From Okamejei kenojei (lineage: Eukaryota), in contig CM069162.1 in assembly GCA_035221665.1 (NCBI GenBank), positions 15,748,001 to 15,812,000 of the forward strand: a stretch of 64,000 nucleotides of DNA, read 5' to 3'. The translations under genes were made by a program, and so were the position numbers. This document shows positions 63,241 to 64,000 of the stretch, piece after piece (position 1 is the first letter of the stretch; each line of letters starts with the position of its first letter). Below the pieces are notes generated by a model. It had not been told where the DNA came from and ran no database searches. It saw only the letters and a program-made list of their open reading frames with translations.

Positions 63241-63284
63241 ATGTATGACATCAGGATCTTTCAATGTATGACATCAGGATCTTT
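63241..63284 (+). repeat. Short tandem duplication (23-bp period)
   Basis: atgtatgacatcaggatcttt x2. Confidence 0.9.
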
Positions 63285-64000
63285 ACACACTTAATAAAAC
63301 GGTATTGGGAATGCTTTCAAAACTGTTCAGAGATGTTTCACAAAATGCAAAGAGCCTGATAAATCTGAACAATTAGCTTTTCTAGATTGTCAAGTGAAGG
63401 GGTAAGAACTAGACTGCAGGACACTATTTTGGTGTGCAGGTTCAGAAGTATAACCTTGACATTCTACATAGGATGACATTCATGCACTGATCGGCATGAA
63501 TAAGCATGAGGAATGTTAGTGTGACAAGAATGCCAAAACACTTAAGGAAACACACTCTGGTGATAGCAAAGCAATTACATTTCTGGCCGGAGAACTTGGA
63601 GATGAGGAACTTGCAAACATCTGATGGCTCTGTACAAGATTGAAACTGATCATCTGAAAGCAATCAGAATCTGTTGGCTTGCTTAAGTCCCAAAGGCACA
63701 GATTCCAGTGATTTTTTTTTTGAACTGTCTGCAATCTCCAAGTCAAGTCATAACAACTGGACCGACAGTTGCCCATAAATCTAATTCCAGTCATTGATCA
63801 GCGAACAATAAGGCTCTGTCAGTTTTGAGTATGGTGGGAGGTCTACATTTATTCTGGTGCTTGTTGTGGTTGAGCTTCTGTTAAACAGTATAACTTCCTT
63901 TGAGGAAAGATGGAACAAGATGTGACATTTGAAAAGTGACATAAATTATTGAGGTAAAATATGAATGTATGTTTGTACATTGTTCCAGAGAGTAAATAAT

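Noticed and set aside
63442-63794. Cys-containing minus-strand ORFs as candidate upstream LDLRAD2 exons
   Set aside because: No recognisable motif or convincing splice sites; the upstream exons probably lie beyond the window.

Overview
Vertebrate genomic DNA. The HE1/V-SINE, CR1, Penelope and Deu-SINE repeat content points to an elasmobranch, probably a skate or ray (inference). There are no prokaryotic features, and nearly all ORFs in the supplied track are incidental. Positions 310-37408 (+) hold the last 17 coding exons of perlecan (HSPG2), covering domain V/endorepellin (LG1-EGF-EGF-LG2-EGF-EGF-LG3). All introns are GT-AG, the phases join into one open frame of about 680 codons, and it ends at ...AEECPS*. 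Converging on it from the right is the 3' part of LDLRAD2 (-): an intact TM/Cys-rich tail exon, an intact Ser/Thr/Pro stalk exon, and an LDL-receptor class A exon that looks decayed. Introns and the intergenic region are packed with retroelement fragments; repeat boundaries below are approximate unless a TSD is given. The most interesting signals are four. (1) Two short (~140-170 nt) TSD-flanked retroposons of unrelated sequence each begin exactly at G+1 of a compact HDV-like ribozyme fold and end in (AAG)n. (2) Penelope-derived palindromes carry minimal hammerhead motifs. (3) The LDLa exon of LDLRAD2 is decayed while its other exons are intact. (4) The perlecan EGF4-LG3 linker is remodelled. 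Family assignments rest on recalled motifs, not database searches.
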